This document shows positions 1-12,593 of a stretch of DNA of 42,777 nt, piece by piece. Where the stretch lies: positions 1 through 42,777 of the forward strand of contig NW_021834658.1 of the NCBI RefSeq assembly GCF_006345805.1, given 5' to 3'. The stretch's first letter is position 1, and every line of letters begins with the position of its first letter. This DNA is from Octopus sinensis. Taxonomy: Eukaryota. The translations under genes were made by a program, and so were the position numbers. The notes beneath the pieces are model-generated. The model had not been told where the DNA came from. It saw only the letters and a program-made list of their open reading frames with translations, and ran no database searches.

Positions 1-3
1 ATA

Positions 4-86
<83 letters not shown>

Positions 87-98
87 TATATACATATA
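1..98. repeat. (AT)n microsatellite
   Basis: Directly visible AT dinucleotide run. Confidence 0.95.
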
Positions 99-287
99 AT
101 GTGTGTATGTATGTCCATGCATTATCTGTATAACATCGCTTTTAAAGGGCGGTGGAATTCGAAGGAGATAATGCTATAATTAATATCTTGCCTTGCTGTA
201 CATTAGGATAAATAAGCCCCTGAGACGGAAATACGGGAAGGTTGTTCAACGGTTATCCTTTTGTTAATACCGCCTCACTCTCTTGTG

Positions 288-330
<43 letters not shown>

Positions 331-344
331 TCTCTTTCACATTT

Positions 345-376
345 GCTGGCTAAAGACAATTGTCCGAAACGTTAGC
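345..376 (+). ncRNA. Degenerate minimal hammerhead-like motif (Penelope-type)
   Basis: GCTGGCTAA-AGACAA/TTGTCC-GAAA-CG-TT-AGC. GAAA and the palindromic AACGTT match the motif at 8640-8647, but the CUGANGA box is mutated. Confidence 0.3.
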
Positions 377-886
377 CTGTACTTTACACCAGCAACTTAA
401 AATATTTCTTTTACGTTTCCTTTACATTTGCCGACGTCGCGCTCTGTTAGATTACTCTGGCTCCACTGTTTCCACTCAAATTTTAAGAATTATTTCTTAT
501 TGATAATATTCCTACTACCTCTTGTGTTATACTGTTTGGTTCTATTCGCGTTTGCGCTGCATCCTATGAATATAAATTGACCACAGTACGTAACGATCTA
601 TAAATAAATGTCGCAAACCATTTTATCCGTTACTTAAATAAATATCACAATAAACCATTCTTAGTGGATATATAAATAAGATACCACACATTTTTAACAG
701 AAGGGTGAAGACGATTGGATCTATCCCACTACCTGACCGGCGATACTTTAATGGCTCGAACCCAAGAAAGTTTCCGGCAGAGTTTGACCTAGGCAGGATT
801 TGGACTAAGAATGTAAAGGGATTTACCAGTATACCGGTAAACATCTATCCAATGGTCGGTTGCGATTCTCTTAATACACAGTCCTT

Positions 887-889
<3 letters not shown>

Positions 890-931
<42 letters not shown>

Positions 932-951
932 AGTAGTAGTAGTAGGTAGTA
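890..951. repeat. (AGT)n microsatellite
   Basis: Directly visible. Confidence 0.95.
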
Positions 952-976
952 GCTGCAGCCGCAGTAGAATTAATTG

Positions 977-1791
977 CTTCAAATTTTGGTACAAAACCAG
1001 CAAATTTAGCAGATGTTAATCGATTACATCGATCTCGGGGCTTGTCTAGTACTTTATTTTATCGGTCACGAAAAGAGGAAAGACAAAACTGATCTTGGCA
1101 GAGTTTGAACTCAGAATGTAAAGAGGTGGAAGAAATACCGGAAGGCATTTTTCCGACGCTCTAACGATTCTGCCGGGTTCCCACTCAGAGTTGTTTTTAA
1201 CTTAGACACAAGGTCAGCGTTTCGAATTGAGAGGGTTAGTTGATACTTCACTGATAATCTTGGAAGAATGGAAAGTAAAATTGATTTCGGCAGGATTTGA
1301 TCCCAGGAAGAAAAAACCGAAATGTATATCGCACGACGTTTTGTGCGACGCTTTAACGATTCTGCCAAATCCCCGTATTATTAAAGCGGTGAGCTTGAAG
1401 AATCGTTGGCACGCCGGACGATTTGTTTATCAGCATTTTTTCCAGCTCTTCTTGTTTTGAGTTCAAATACCAACGAAGCTAACTTTCGGAGTCGATGAAC
1501 TAAGTACCAGTTGAATTTTAGGGTCGATTTAATCGACTTAAACTTCCCCACGAAATTGGTGGCTGCGTGGCAAAATTTGAACCGACATTGATTTCATTGT
1601 TGTTATGCAGCAAATTGTATGGCCGGGGAAAATACTTAGCGGCATTTCGTCCGTCTTTGGGTTCGACGATCAAATTCCGCCGGAGCCAACTTTACCTCTC
1701 ACCCTTTTTTGGATCGATAAATTAGGTACCAGCTGAGTAGTGGGGTCGATGTAATCAACTCCCTACCCACCGAACTTGCTGGCCAAAATTT

Positions 1792-1795
<4 letters not shown>
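977..1795. mobile_element. Cluster of four diverged tRNA-derived SINE copies (family A): about 977-1183 -, 1200-1368 -, 1385-1585 +, 1615-1795 +
   Basis: Each shares blocks with the intact copies at 25319-25549 and 30664-30894 (B-box-like GTTCAAA, GTCGATAAA..GTACCAG, GGGGTCGAT.TAATC). Confidence 0.8.
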
Positions 1796-1796
<1 letters not shown>

Positions 1797-1833
<37 letters not shown>

Positions 1834-1856
1834 TATTATTATTATTATTATTATCA

Positions 1857-1904
<48 letters not shown>

Positions 1905-1940
1905 TATTATTATTATTATTGTTATTATTATCATTATTAT
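1797..1940. repeat. (ATC)n(ATT)n compound microsatellite
   Basis: Directly visible. Confidence 0.95.
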
Positions 1941-2599
1941 GACGGTGAGCCCCCAGGATCGTTAGCATGGCAGAAAAAATAAAACTCAGCGGCTTTTCGT
2001 CCGCTACTTCTAAATATCAGACCTTGTGCCTATAGTAAAAAGGGATTATTATCGTTTGTGCTGGACGTACGTGGAAGAATGTTTTGCACGGGTCAAAGTC
2101 AAAGTGTGTGTTTGTTTTTGAGAGAGGGAAAGCAAGAGATTGGATAAAGTTGGAGCTTTCTTGGGCGGGGGAACTTCGTTCTCATCCAGTGAGTGTCTTT
2201 AATGTTATTGCTACGGCTGTTGGCGTTGTTGTTGCTGAAGTTGTTCTTGTACCCTTCACTGCTGCTGTATGCTTCTGTTGTGGCGTCGAAAGAAGAGGGT
2301 GTGTTGAGGGTGGAGTGAGGTGGGGCTCCAGTTCTTTCGCCTTTATTGTCTTTAGTATATCAGTCTTTTATTCGTGCTCCTTATCAGCGCAAGGTTTGGA
2401 GTAGGTGTGTTCTGTTGATGTTATTCTATTTGTTTACCTGTATGCCAGTGCTGCTCTTGGGTGCGTTTTCTTTTCGTTGAGGTGGGTGTTCTTGTTGTTG
2501 TTGGTGTTGGAGTTGTTGTGGATTTGTCTGTTTGGTGTGGGTGTGATTTCGATTATGTTCTCGTGGTTCGTTTGGAGCCGGTATGAATTTTGTGAAATA

Positions 2600-3020
2600 A
2601 TATTGTGAAATTACGGTTGACTTCGACAGACTGCATAGGAAAGGACCCAGTAACAGGAAAGTGGACGCGTTTACCTGGGACACAAAGTTTATAGAAATTG
2701 AATTAACGATTTAGTTAAGAAAGAAGTGATAGGGGCAGCAGAAGCAACAGATGGTGGTTAGCCCTGAAAAGGGTTATTAGACAAATCGCGATAAGATTTA
2801 TTAAAGAAATAGGGATAAAAAAATTCTTGAGTAGAAGGGGAGCTAGTAAGTATCTTAGAAGAGGGATTGAGGAAAGGAACTGCGACTGGCGGTGATATTG
2901 GCGCTTGACCGATTCTTCAAAGTTAAATATAAGGGTTGCATTGTCAGAGCTAAGGTACTTGCTGTAAGGTATGAGCAAAGAGAAACCGTTCGAAGGGCCC
3001 GGATGGCAGAGGCGTAACAT
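2600..3020 (+). mobile_element. Decayed Tx1/L1-clade LINE ORF2 fragment (end of endonuclease and linker)
   Basis: Frameshifted translations TVDFDRLHRKGPS.., RWWLALKRVIRQIAIRF and LDRFFKVKYKGCIVRAK resemble the GPGxWKLN, WWxxxKxxIRxxxIxY and KxxGxxIRSK motifs of L1/Tx1 ORF2. Confidence 0.65.
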
Positions 3021-3469
3021 GAAGAGAAAACCACGATTCAGTCATCGATGGAATAAGCTATGAATTCTATCTTTGCTCTGTTTTTGTAAAATTTCCCGTT
3101 TGTTGTGTTTTTGCTAAATTACTGAAGTATATTTATGTTACATAAAGCTATGCACTTCTGCTTCTTTTTTTACTCAGTTGTAAAATATACTTGGAATATT
3201 TTTTGTGCGACTTCTATTACTGTTTCTTTCTCTTTCGTTGCATCACTTTTGCCCACTCTCTTTCTCTCTCGTTCCCTTCCTAGTACTTTACTTCTTTCTT
3301 CGTTCTGACTTTCTATCCGTCCCTCTCTCGTCTTCAGGCCTACAGGACATTTTCATTTTCGTTTGCGTTACCGCATATCTGTCTGTCTTGCGGGCGCACG
3401 GCATTTTCTGTTGCATATGTATGTTTCATGATGTTGTGTTTGTTTTTGTCATTGTCATATACATTCGTT

Positions 3470-3580
3470 AGCTATTCCCAATGGCTTTTCGCCACCCGTG
3501 CCACCAAAAGTGAATAATATCAACGTTAAAGGCGCGAAATTGTAATGATCTTTTGGGCGTTGACTGACGAGGAATAAGCT
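3470..3580 (+). ncRNA. Candidate rearranged (non-circularly permuted) hammerhead ribozyme
   Basis: Triplet AUA 3517-3519, GAAA 3536-3539, CTGACGA 3564-3570. Pairings: 3470-3478/3571-3580 (one bulge), 3498-3502/3531-3535, 3504-3510/3550-3556, 3514-3518/3539-3543, 3520-3526/3557-3563. Confidence 0.65.
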
Positions 3581-3700
3581 ATGAATTTTCTGCTTGTTAT
3601 GCTTTTTTAAAAATATTCCGTTTGTTGTGTTTTCGTTATATCATTTAAACACACACACACACACATACACGCACATAGTTATGGTATATTCCATTAGGAA

Positions 3701-3818
3701 CTTGGCGGAGTACTATATAAAGCTCGTCCACCTTCAGAATTTACCAATATTATCCGGTAGCATTATTATATACTTCCAGGTTTATACAGCGGTAATCGTC
3801 GTGTGTGAATTTCTCCGT

Positions 3819-3821
<3 letters not shown>
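3701..3821 (+). repeat. ~120-bp block present three times (also ~4767-4887 + and ~5520-5640 -)
   Basis: CTTGGCGGAGTACTATATAAAGCTC...GTGTGAATTTCT.CGTAG is near-identical in all copies, each followed by (AT)n. Confidence 0.9.
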
Positions 3822-3916
<95 letters not shown>

Positions 3917-4447
3917 TATATACATACACACATAGATATATGTGTGTGTTGTGTGTATCCGCACCCACTTGCACACATATATACTCACTCACACACAACG
4001 TATATATCCACACGCACACACAAGTACACACACAAACACACGTACGCATACACAAACAGAAAGGGGGGTAAAGAAAGAAGAAAGAATACGAAGTGCATTG
4101 AGGAAGAATCAAACACGGCTTAAGGTCATTAAGGCTTTTCAAGATTAGAAGATTTGGCTTAAGAGAGCCGCTTGAGGGAGGGGGAAGTGGGGAATAGTCT
4201 GTGTGTGTGTGTCGGTGTGCAGATAAAAGGATACGGGGAAGAAGAGGAAAGGATATTGGTAGACAAGAACAGAGAATATATGACCATAAAAATGTAGAAT
4301 ATGTGTTTTTAAATATATTAAGATATATATATATATAGACATATATAAGCGTGCATATACTCATCCATATATACATGCATCAATACACATATGTATGCAT
4401 ATGTGTATGTATGTATATGTGTATGTATGTATGTATGTATGTATATA

Positions 4448-4560
4448 TAGGACAATCAGTAAGTTCTCATAATAGAACTCAGAGTTTCAAATGCCTAGAA
4501 GCTTTTACCTCTGGCATTTGAAATTTTGAGTTCTGTTATGACAACTTACTGATTGTTCTG
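4448..4560. mobile_element. ~113-bp palindromic MITE, Tc1/mariner-like and TA-flanked; mirrored at about 5837-5949
   Basis: CAATCAGTAAGTTCTCATAATAGAACTCAGAGTTTCAAATGCC is an imperfect inverted repeat of GGCATTTGAAATTTTGAGTTCTGTTATGACAACTTACTGATTG; TA on both sides. Confidence 0.75.
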
Positions 4561-4563
4561 TAC

Positions 4564-4597
<34 letters not shown>

Positions 4598-4930
4598 TGT
4601 ATGTATGTATGTATGTATGTATGTATGTATGTATGTATACACACACACACACACCACACACACTCACACATATATATATATATATATACACATTTCTCTA
4701 TTTACATAATATCGAGGTCTCATTCTTTTGTTGTCGTTTTATTATAATTATTAATATACATATATACTTGGCGGAGTACTATATAAAGCTCATCCACCTT
4801 CAGAATTTACCAATATTATCCGGTAGCATTATTATATACTTCCAGGTTTATACAGCGGTAATCGTCGTGTGTGAATTTCTTCGTAGATATATATATATAT
4901 ATATAGACTTCATAAATTGAAACTGATTTG

Positions 4931-4992
4931 AAAATCGGTAATCCACCTGAAGATTGTCATTGAGGACATGAAACAATTGTAGTGGCGGTTTT
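4931..4992 (+). ncRNA. Type I hammerhead ribozyme with palindromic helix III (Penelope/retrozyme type)
   Basis: CCAC(4943-46)-CTGAAGA-T-TGTC/GACA-T-GAAA-CAATTG-TA-GTGG(4982-85). Helix III region ACAATTGT is a palindrome. Helix I extends through AAAATCG/CGGTTTT with a GTAAT bulge. Predicted cut after GUA at 4981. Confidence 0.8.
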
Positions 4993-5197
4993 TTTTACTT
5001 TTTATTAAAATTTTATGTATTGATTAAGTCTTTCCTTGTTTGTTTTACAAAATAGTGGTTTTGTCTCTGATTAATATTATATAATATTTTACTATAAATT
5101 TGGATTTAATCCTAAATCTGATTTTTTCCCTGTAAATTTGGATTATTCCCTAATATTTATATTATTATATATATATATATATATACATACATACATG

Positions 5198-5244
<47 letters not shown>

Positions 5245-5416
5245 ATAATAAATATTAGGGAATAAATCCAAATTACAGGGAACAAATCAGATTTAGGATT
5301 AAATCCAAATTTATAGTAAAATATTATATAATATTAATCAGAGACAAAACCACTATTTTGTAAAACAAACAAGGAAACACTTAATCAATACATAAAATTT
5401 TAATAAAAAGTAAAAA

Positions 5417-5478
5417 AAAACCGCCACTACAATTGTTTCATGTCCTCAATGACAATCTTCAGGTGGATTACCGATTTT
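5417..5478 (-). ncRNA. Mirror copy of the type I hammerhead in the right arm
   Basis: Reverse complement of 4931-4992; core at 5424-5466. Confidence 0.8.
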
Positions 5479-6571
5479 CAAATCAGTTTCAATTTATGAA
5501 GTCTATATATATATATATATCTACGAAGAAATTCACACACGACGATTACCGCTGTATAAACCTGGAAGTATATAATAATGCTACCGGATAATATTGGTAA
5601 ATTCTGAAGGTGGATGAGCTTTATATAGTACTCCGCCAAGTATATATGTATATTAATAATTATAATAAAACGACAACAAAAGAATGAGACCTCGATATTA
5701 TGTAAATAGAAAATGTGTATATATATATATATATATATTATATATATGTGTGAGTGTGGTGTGTGTGTGTGTGTGTGTGTGTTTGTGTATACATATACAT
5801 ACATACATACATACATACATACATACATACATAGTACAGAACAATCAGTAAGTTGTCATATCAGAACTCAAAATTTCAAATGCCAGAGGTAAAAGCTTCT
5901 AGGCATTTGAAACTCTGAGTTCTATTATGAGAACTTACTGATTGTCCTATATATACATACATACATACATACATACACATATACATACATACACATATGC
6001 ATACATATGTGTATTTATGCATGTATATATGGATGAGTATATGCACGCTTATATATGTCTATATATATATATATCTTAATATATTTAAAAACACATATTC
6101 TACATTTTTATGGTCATATATTCTCTGTTCTTGTCTACCAATATCCTTTCCTCTTCTTCCCCGTATCCTTTTATCTGCACACCGACACACACACACAGAC
6201 TATTCCCCACTTCCCCCTCCCTCAAGCGGCTCTCTTAAGCCAAATCTTCTAATCTTGAAAAGCCTTAATGACCTTAAGCCGTGTTTGATTCTTCCTCAAT
6301 GCACTTCGTATTCTTTCTTCTTTCTTGTGTGTGTTTGTGTGTGTGTGTGTGTATACATATATTCTTATTGATAGATCTATTTACTCTTAATCTTTCCCTA
6401 GATCTGGGTATACCCATCAGTAGACACATTCTAGAATTAGTCATATCCTAATTAAGGGACAAACCCCTGGATTTCTCCCCCCCCCACACATATATGCTTT
6501 CTCATTGGTAATGCTTTTCGGTATATATGCATAAATGTAATTATTTCCCAAATAAATTGAACTTCATATTT

Positions 6572-6650
6572 GAGGCTCTGATGAAGCAGTAAGTTGTTAC
6601 TCAGGCACCCGACTATGAGTCCACTGCATCTAAAAGCGGAAACAGCTGCA
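6572..6650 (+). ncRNA. Degenerate hammerhead-like motif in a probable Penelope-derived repeat (~6370-6960)
   Basis: CTGATGA 6578-6584, stem GCAGT..ACTGC with inner ACTCA..TGAGT, then GAAA-CAGCTG 6639-6648. U16.1 and helix I are disrupted. Confidence 0.4.
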
Positions 6651-8143
6651 AATTAATGGGCTCCATAAGATATTCACTTACTCCTTTGCCATCTGTTTTT
6701 CTTATCATCTCTCTGTACTCGATTAACGCTTCTTTCAGGGGCATACCTATATTGAGTTCCACACCAAGTTGTTCAATCTTGGCGGTTCTTGGACTAAACT
6801 ATCAGAGAGCTGGAACAATTACTGTGAGAGTTATTATCCGACGCCCTTATTACTTTGCCTATTGTTTCATACATACCACCTACACACACGAACACGGAAA
6901 TATAGCAATGAATATGTATATACACCTGTTTGGACGGAAGCTTGACATGTTGTTATGTTATTCGTTCATTATTATATCTTGGACACACAGAATATTGGAT
7001 TCCATTCAATCTTCTCTTGTATTGCTTTATGTTTATTTTCACAACGATCCTTACGTTGACCAGTAGCAGCAACAACAACATTTGTGAATGAATGGATATT
7101 CGAATGACTATCTTCATTATCATTTTAATTGTCAATCTTCCATGTCTCCTCTTATTATCAATATTGTCCCCTTTTCAACTCCAGAATAATTAGCAATATA
7201 CATCCTTCTTCTATATTTTTACCAAGGTCATTTATGTCTTTCATCAATCCATGGTCGCTAAAATAAACTACCTGCAAACTACCGAAGATAGCCACGTAAA
7301 GCATACATATTTTCTGATTGGCTTAGAATAGTCGTAGATGGAGTGAAGTGTGGTTTTTAATGGATGAATTCACGAAAGCAAGAGAAGAAAATTATCCTTT
7401 GTGCAACTGTTGTGTCATTATTAATATTCTTCGTTTAACAAATGATAACGACTTCTTTAATTAGTCACAAGAAATCGTGATGGGAGACAATATTAGAAAT
7501 GAGATACACTATGAAATACAAGGAGTTTATAGAGAATAAAATAACAAATTTAATAATAACAAAGATTAATACATAAGAAATAATAACAACGAGAATAAAA
7601 AATAATTCAACAAAACTACATAGTGTGACTTCGGGGTATCCTACACACAAACCCAGATTAGGCTGACATATCAAAGAGAAGTGCCTTCTAGTTCAGACAA
7701 CAAACTTATAGCTACTTAGTTATTGTAGGCTCCTAGACCCATTCACCAGCAACTTTTCCCTGGCTTTCGTCTTCCAATGGTACTTGAAGAAATTGAGAAG
7801 GGCTTACAAGAGATGAGTAGTTCTGTTCCTCATCAACAGTCTTCAGTTGTTAGGCACATTAAGACTATTTGTACTTCTTAGCCAAAATTTGTGCTTCTTA
7901 GCCAAACGATTATCTCGGTTTTTAAAAATTGCTTGAGATCAATAGTTGGGTGAGAACTCGTGCCCTTCGAGATTAGGTTAGTCCTCGATCTGTGGGGTTG
8001 TAGGTTCCTCTGCAACAAGGGGAGTATGTATAAGTTTATCTCATTCCGCTGGCTTTTCCTTTTCTTTTTCTTTATATTTTATGTAAGCCCTCACACAATT
8101 TGTAGACAGTCCTTGTGATGCCCTCTTCATACACCCCCAAGTG

Positions 8144-8700
<557 letters not shown>

Positions 8701-8701
8701 G

Positions 8702-9235
8702 GTATTGTTTTGGTCTTCAGGTTCCACATTTTGCTAATTTCTATTTCAAAATCTTTATACTTGCTCAGTTTTTGGTAGGTCTTGACAGATACGTTTATAT
8801 CGATTGGGACATTCATATCAATGAGGAGGCATGATTTTTATCTGAAGCCTTTCAATATAATGTCTGGCCAATTTGCATCCATCTTTCTGTCAGTTTGAAT
8901 GGTGAAGTTCAAGAGGAGAGAGATGTGAGCATTTTCAAGCGCTGGAGGTAGTTTTAGTGTTCCCACCAGTTTTTTTTTTATCATGCGGCAGTTCCAGGTT
9001 TTTGCAAATTACCCAGTGAATATATTGTGCAGCTCTATCATGCCTGTTGAGATACTCTGTAGGTGCAAGAAGACTGCACATGGAGACAACATGATCAATA
9101 GTTTCATTTTGCTGTTGACATACAGAACATGTACTACTACCGTTCTTTAATATGTTGGCCTGGTAGTTCCTTGTAGGAAGGCATTGATCTTCGGCTGCTA
9201 TGATAAACCCTTCTATTTTTGATTTTTTGAGACAA
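8702..9235 (-). mobile_element. R4/Dong-clade non-LTR retrotransposon C-terminal fragment (CCHC knuckle and restriction-like endonuclease)
   Basis: Translation GFIIAAEDQCLPTRNY..CSVCQQQNETIDHVVSMC..RHDRAAQYIHW..IQTDRKMDANWPDII..CLLIDMNVPIDINVSVKTYQKLSKYKDFEIEISKMWNLKTKTIP, with frameshifts. Confidence 0.9.
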
Positions 9236-9947
9236 CACCGTCTCTGAGTTTTCTGCTTCTAAACATTGCTCGTAACGTAGCTTCTTAAGGCTAACAGATC
9301 TGTATTCGTCTCTATTTTTGTTTGTCGATAGATTTACCTCCGGGCATAGTTTTTTGTGGTGTTTTTAAACTTATGAATTGTTCACTCTGTCTGTGTTAGT
9401 CCGAAAAATAAAAAAATAGTTTTTTTTTTGTTGTTTCTGCATCGTTTCTGACGCATGCTTTCAAATGCGTGAATATGTGTCCTGGAAAAATTTCACGAAG
9501 TTGTGTAAACATTGAGATGTATGGGTAGTCCTTATGGGTATCAAAATGTATATATGATTGTGTAGACATTCAAGTGTATGCGTAATTACTCAATTTATGT
9601 ACTTACTGTTTTGTTCCATTTATATTTTATAATTTGTAGACTTTCCGGTGTTGATTTCGCGTGTGTGTTTGGCACATGTTCCACTAAGACACCGTGATTG
9701 GAGAAAGTGTGATTTGTATGGCAGTAAAATTACATTTTCGTAATTATTTTCGCTAAAAGGCCGCTTCCTTCAAGACTTCCACAGGTTCCTTTATCCCATT
9801 CCACCGATGTTATTAGATTAGATTTGTTTTTGAATAGGAAGCCCGGTGTAGCACATCCATGTTGTGCTACAGTATTATTAGTTTATTATTATTTTATTAT
9901 TTTATTGTATTATTATTAGTAATTATTATTATATTATTATATTATTC

Positions 9948-9984
<37 letters not shown>

Positions 9985-10090
9985 GTTATTATTATTAGTT
10001 ATTATTATTATTTATCTATTGGCTTATTATTATTTATTATTATTATTATTATTATTTTATTATTTATTATTATTATTATTATATTATAAT

Positions 10091-10256
10091 ATGTTGACAT
10101 TTGCTTTACATTGTGTACAAGTTGTACAAATCTCACAATCTCACCCGAGATACCTCAAGAAACAACAAGTTGGAAGTTCTCATGTTGCATTGGTGTTGGT
10201 TGGTTGCTCATGTTATTATTATATATTATTATTATTATTATTATTATTATTTATTA

Positions 10257-10292
<36 letters not shown>

Positions 10293-10459
10293 TATTATTA
10301 TTATTATTATTTATTATTATTATTATTATATGTTTGACATTTGCTTACATTTGTACAAGTTGTACAAATCTCACAAGTCTCACCCAGAGACCTCAAGAAC
10401 AACAAGTTGGAAGTTCATGTTGGCATTGGTGTTGGTGTGCTCATGTTATTATTATTATA

Positions 10460-10497
<38 letters not shown>

Positions 10498-10691
10498 TAT
10501 TATTATATATTATTAATTATTATTATTATTATTATTATTTATTATTATTATTATTTATTATTATTATTATTATTATTGTTGACATTTGCTTTACATTTGT
10601 ACAAGTTGTACAAATCTCACAAGTCTCACCCAGAGACCTCAAGAAACAACAAGTTGGAAGTTCATGTTGGCGTTGGTGTTGGTGTTGCTCA

Positions 10692-10743
<52 letters not shown>

Positions 10744-10760
10744 ATTATTATTATTATTAA

Positions 10761-10797
<37 letters not shown>

Positions 10798-11286
10798 TAT
10801 TATTATTATTATTATTATATGTTTGACATTTGCTTTACATTTGTACAAGTTGTACAAATCTCACAAGTCTCACCCAGAGACCTCAAGAAACAAGTTGGAA
10901 GTTGCTCATGTTATTATTATTATTATTATTATTATTTTTTTTTTTTTCCTCTTTCAAATTTTCTTCCATTTCTTGCCTAGTGTCTTCCCGACTCCTTATT
11001 ATTATTATTATTATATATTATATTATTATTATTATATATTATATTATTATTATATTATTATATTATTAATATTATTATTATTATTATATTATTATTATTA
11101 TTATTATTATATTATTATTATTATTATTATTTATTATTTATTATTATTATATGTTTGACTTATGCTTTACATTTATACAATTGTACAAATCTCACAAGTC
11201 TCACCAGAGACCTCAAGAAACAAGTTGAAGTTCATGTTGGCGTTGGTGTTGGTGTTGCTCATTGTTATTATTATTATTATTATTAC

Positions 11287-11324
<38 letters not shown>

Positions 11325-11476
11325 TATTATGTATTATTATTATTATATTATTATTATTATTATATGTTTGACTTTTGCTTTACATTTATACAAATTGTAC
11401 AAATCTCACAAGTCTCACCCAGAGACCTCAAGAAACAAGTTGGAAGTTCCTGTTGGCGTTGGTGTGGTGTTGCTCA

Positions 11477-11520
<44 letters not shown>

Positions 11521-11711
11521 TATTATTATTATTTATTATTATTATTATATTATTATTTATTATTATATGTTTGACATTTGCTTTACATTTGTACAAGTTG
11601 TACAATCTCACAAGTCTCACCAGAGACCTCAAGAAACAACAAGTTGAAGTTCATGTTGGCAATGGTGTTGGTGTTGCTCATGTTATTATTATTATTATTA
11701 TTATATTATTA

Positions 11712-11782
<71 letters not shown>

Positions 11783-11918
11783 GATTATTATTATATTATT
11801 ATATATGTTTGACTTATGCTTTACATTTATACAAATTGTACAAATCTCACAAGTCTCACCCAGAGACCTCAAGAAACAAGTTGGAAGTTCATGTTGGCGT
11901 TGGTGTTGGTGTTGCTCA

Positions 11919-12001
<83 letters not shown>

Positions 12002-12152
12002 GTTTGACTTTTGCTTTACATTTGTACAAGTTGTACAAATCTCACAAGTCTCACCCAGAGACCTCAAGAAACAAGTTGGAAGTTCAAGTTGGCGTTGGTG
12101 TTGGTGTTGCTCATGTTATTATTATTATTATTATATTAGTATTATTATTATA

Positions 12153-12184
<32 letters not shown>

Positions 12185-12546
12185 GTTGACTTATGCTTTA
12201 CATTTATACAAGTTGTACAAATCTCACAAGTCTCACCCAGAGACCTCAAGAAACAAGTTGGAAGATCATGTTGGCGTTGGTGTTGGTGTTGCTCATGTTA
12301 TTATTATTATTATTATATTATTTTATTATTATTATTATTATTTTATATTATTATTTATTATTATTATTATGATTATTATTAGTTATTATTATTATTATTA
12401 TCATTATTATATGTTTGACTTATGCTTTACATTTATACAAATTGTACAATCTCACAAGTCTCACACCCAGAGACCTCAAGAAACAAGTTGGAAGTTCATG
12501 TTGGCGTTGGTGTTGGTGTTGCTCATGTTATATTATTATTATATTC

Positions 12547-12593
<47 letters not shown>

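Larger units (their letters stand above)
4071..6326. repeat. Large inverted repeat: arms about 4071-5185 and 5210-6326 around a short AT/ACAT spacer
   Basis: The right arm is the reverse complement of the left. ORF-track pairs 4145..4342- / 6055..6252+ (identical peptides) and 4573..4920+ / 5478..5828- (near-identical) confirm this. Only a few substitutions, small indels and microsatellite length differences separate the arms. Confidence 0.95.

Noticed and set aside
2050-2590. Complex sequence weakly resembling 20640-20760, possibly a LINE ORF1 remnant
   Set aside because: The similarity is too weak to assign by eye.
7801-7855. Minus-strand CTGAAGA with TGTT/AACA stem and partial helix I
   Set aside because: GAAC replaces GAAA and there is no helix III; too degenerate to call.
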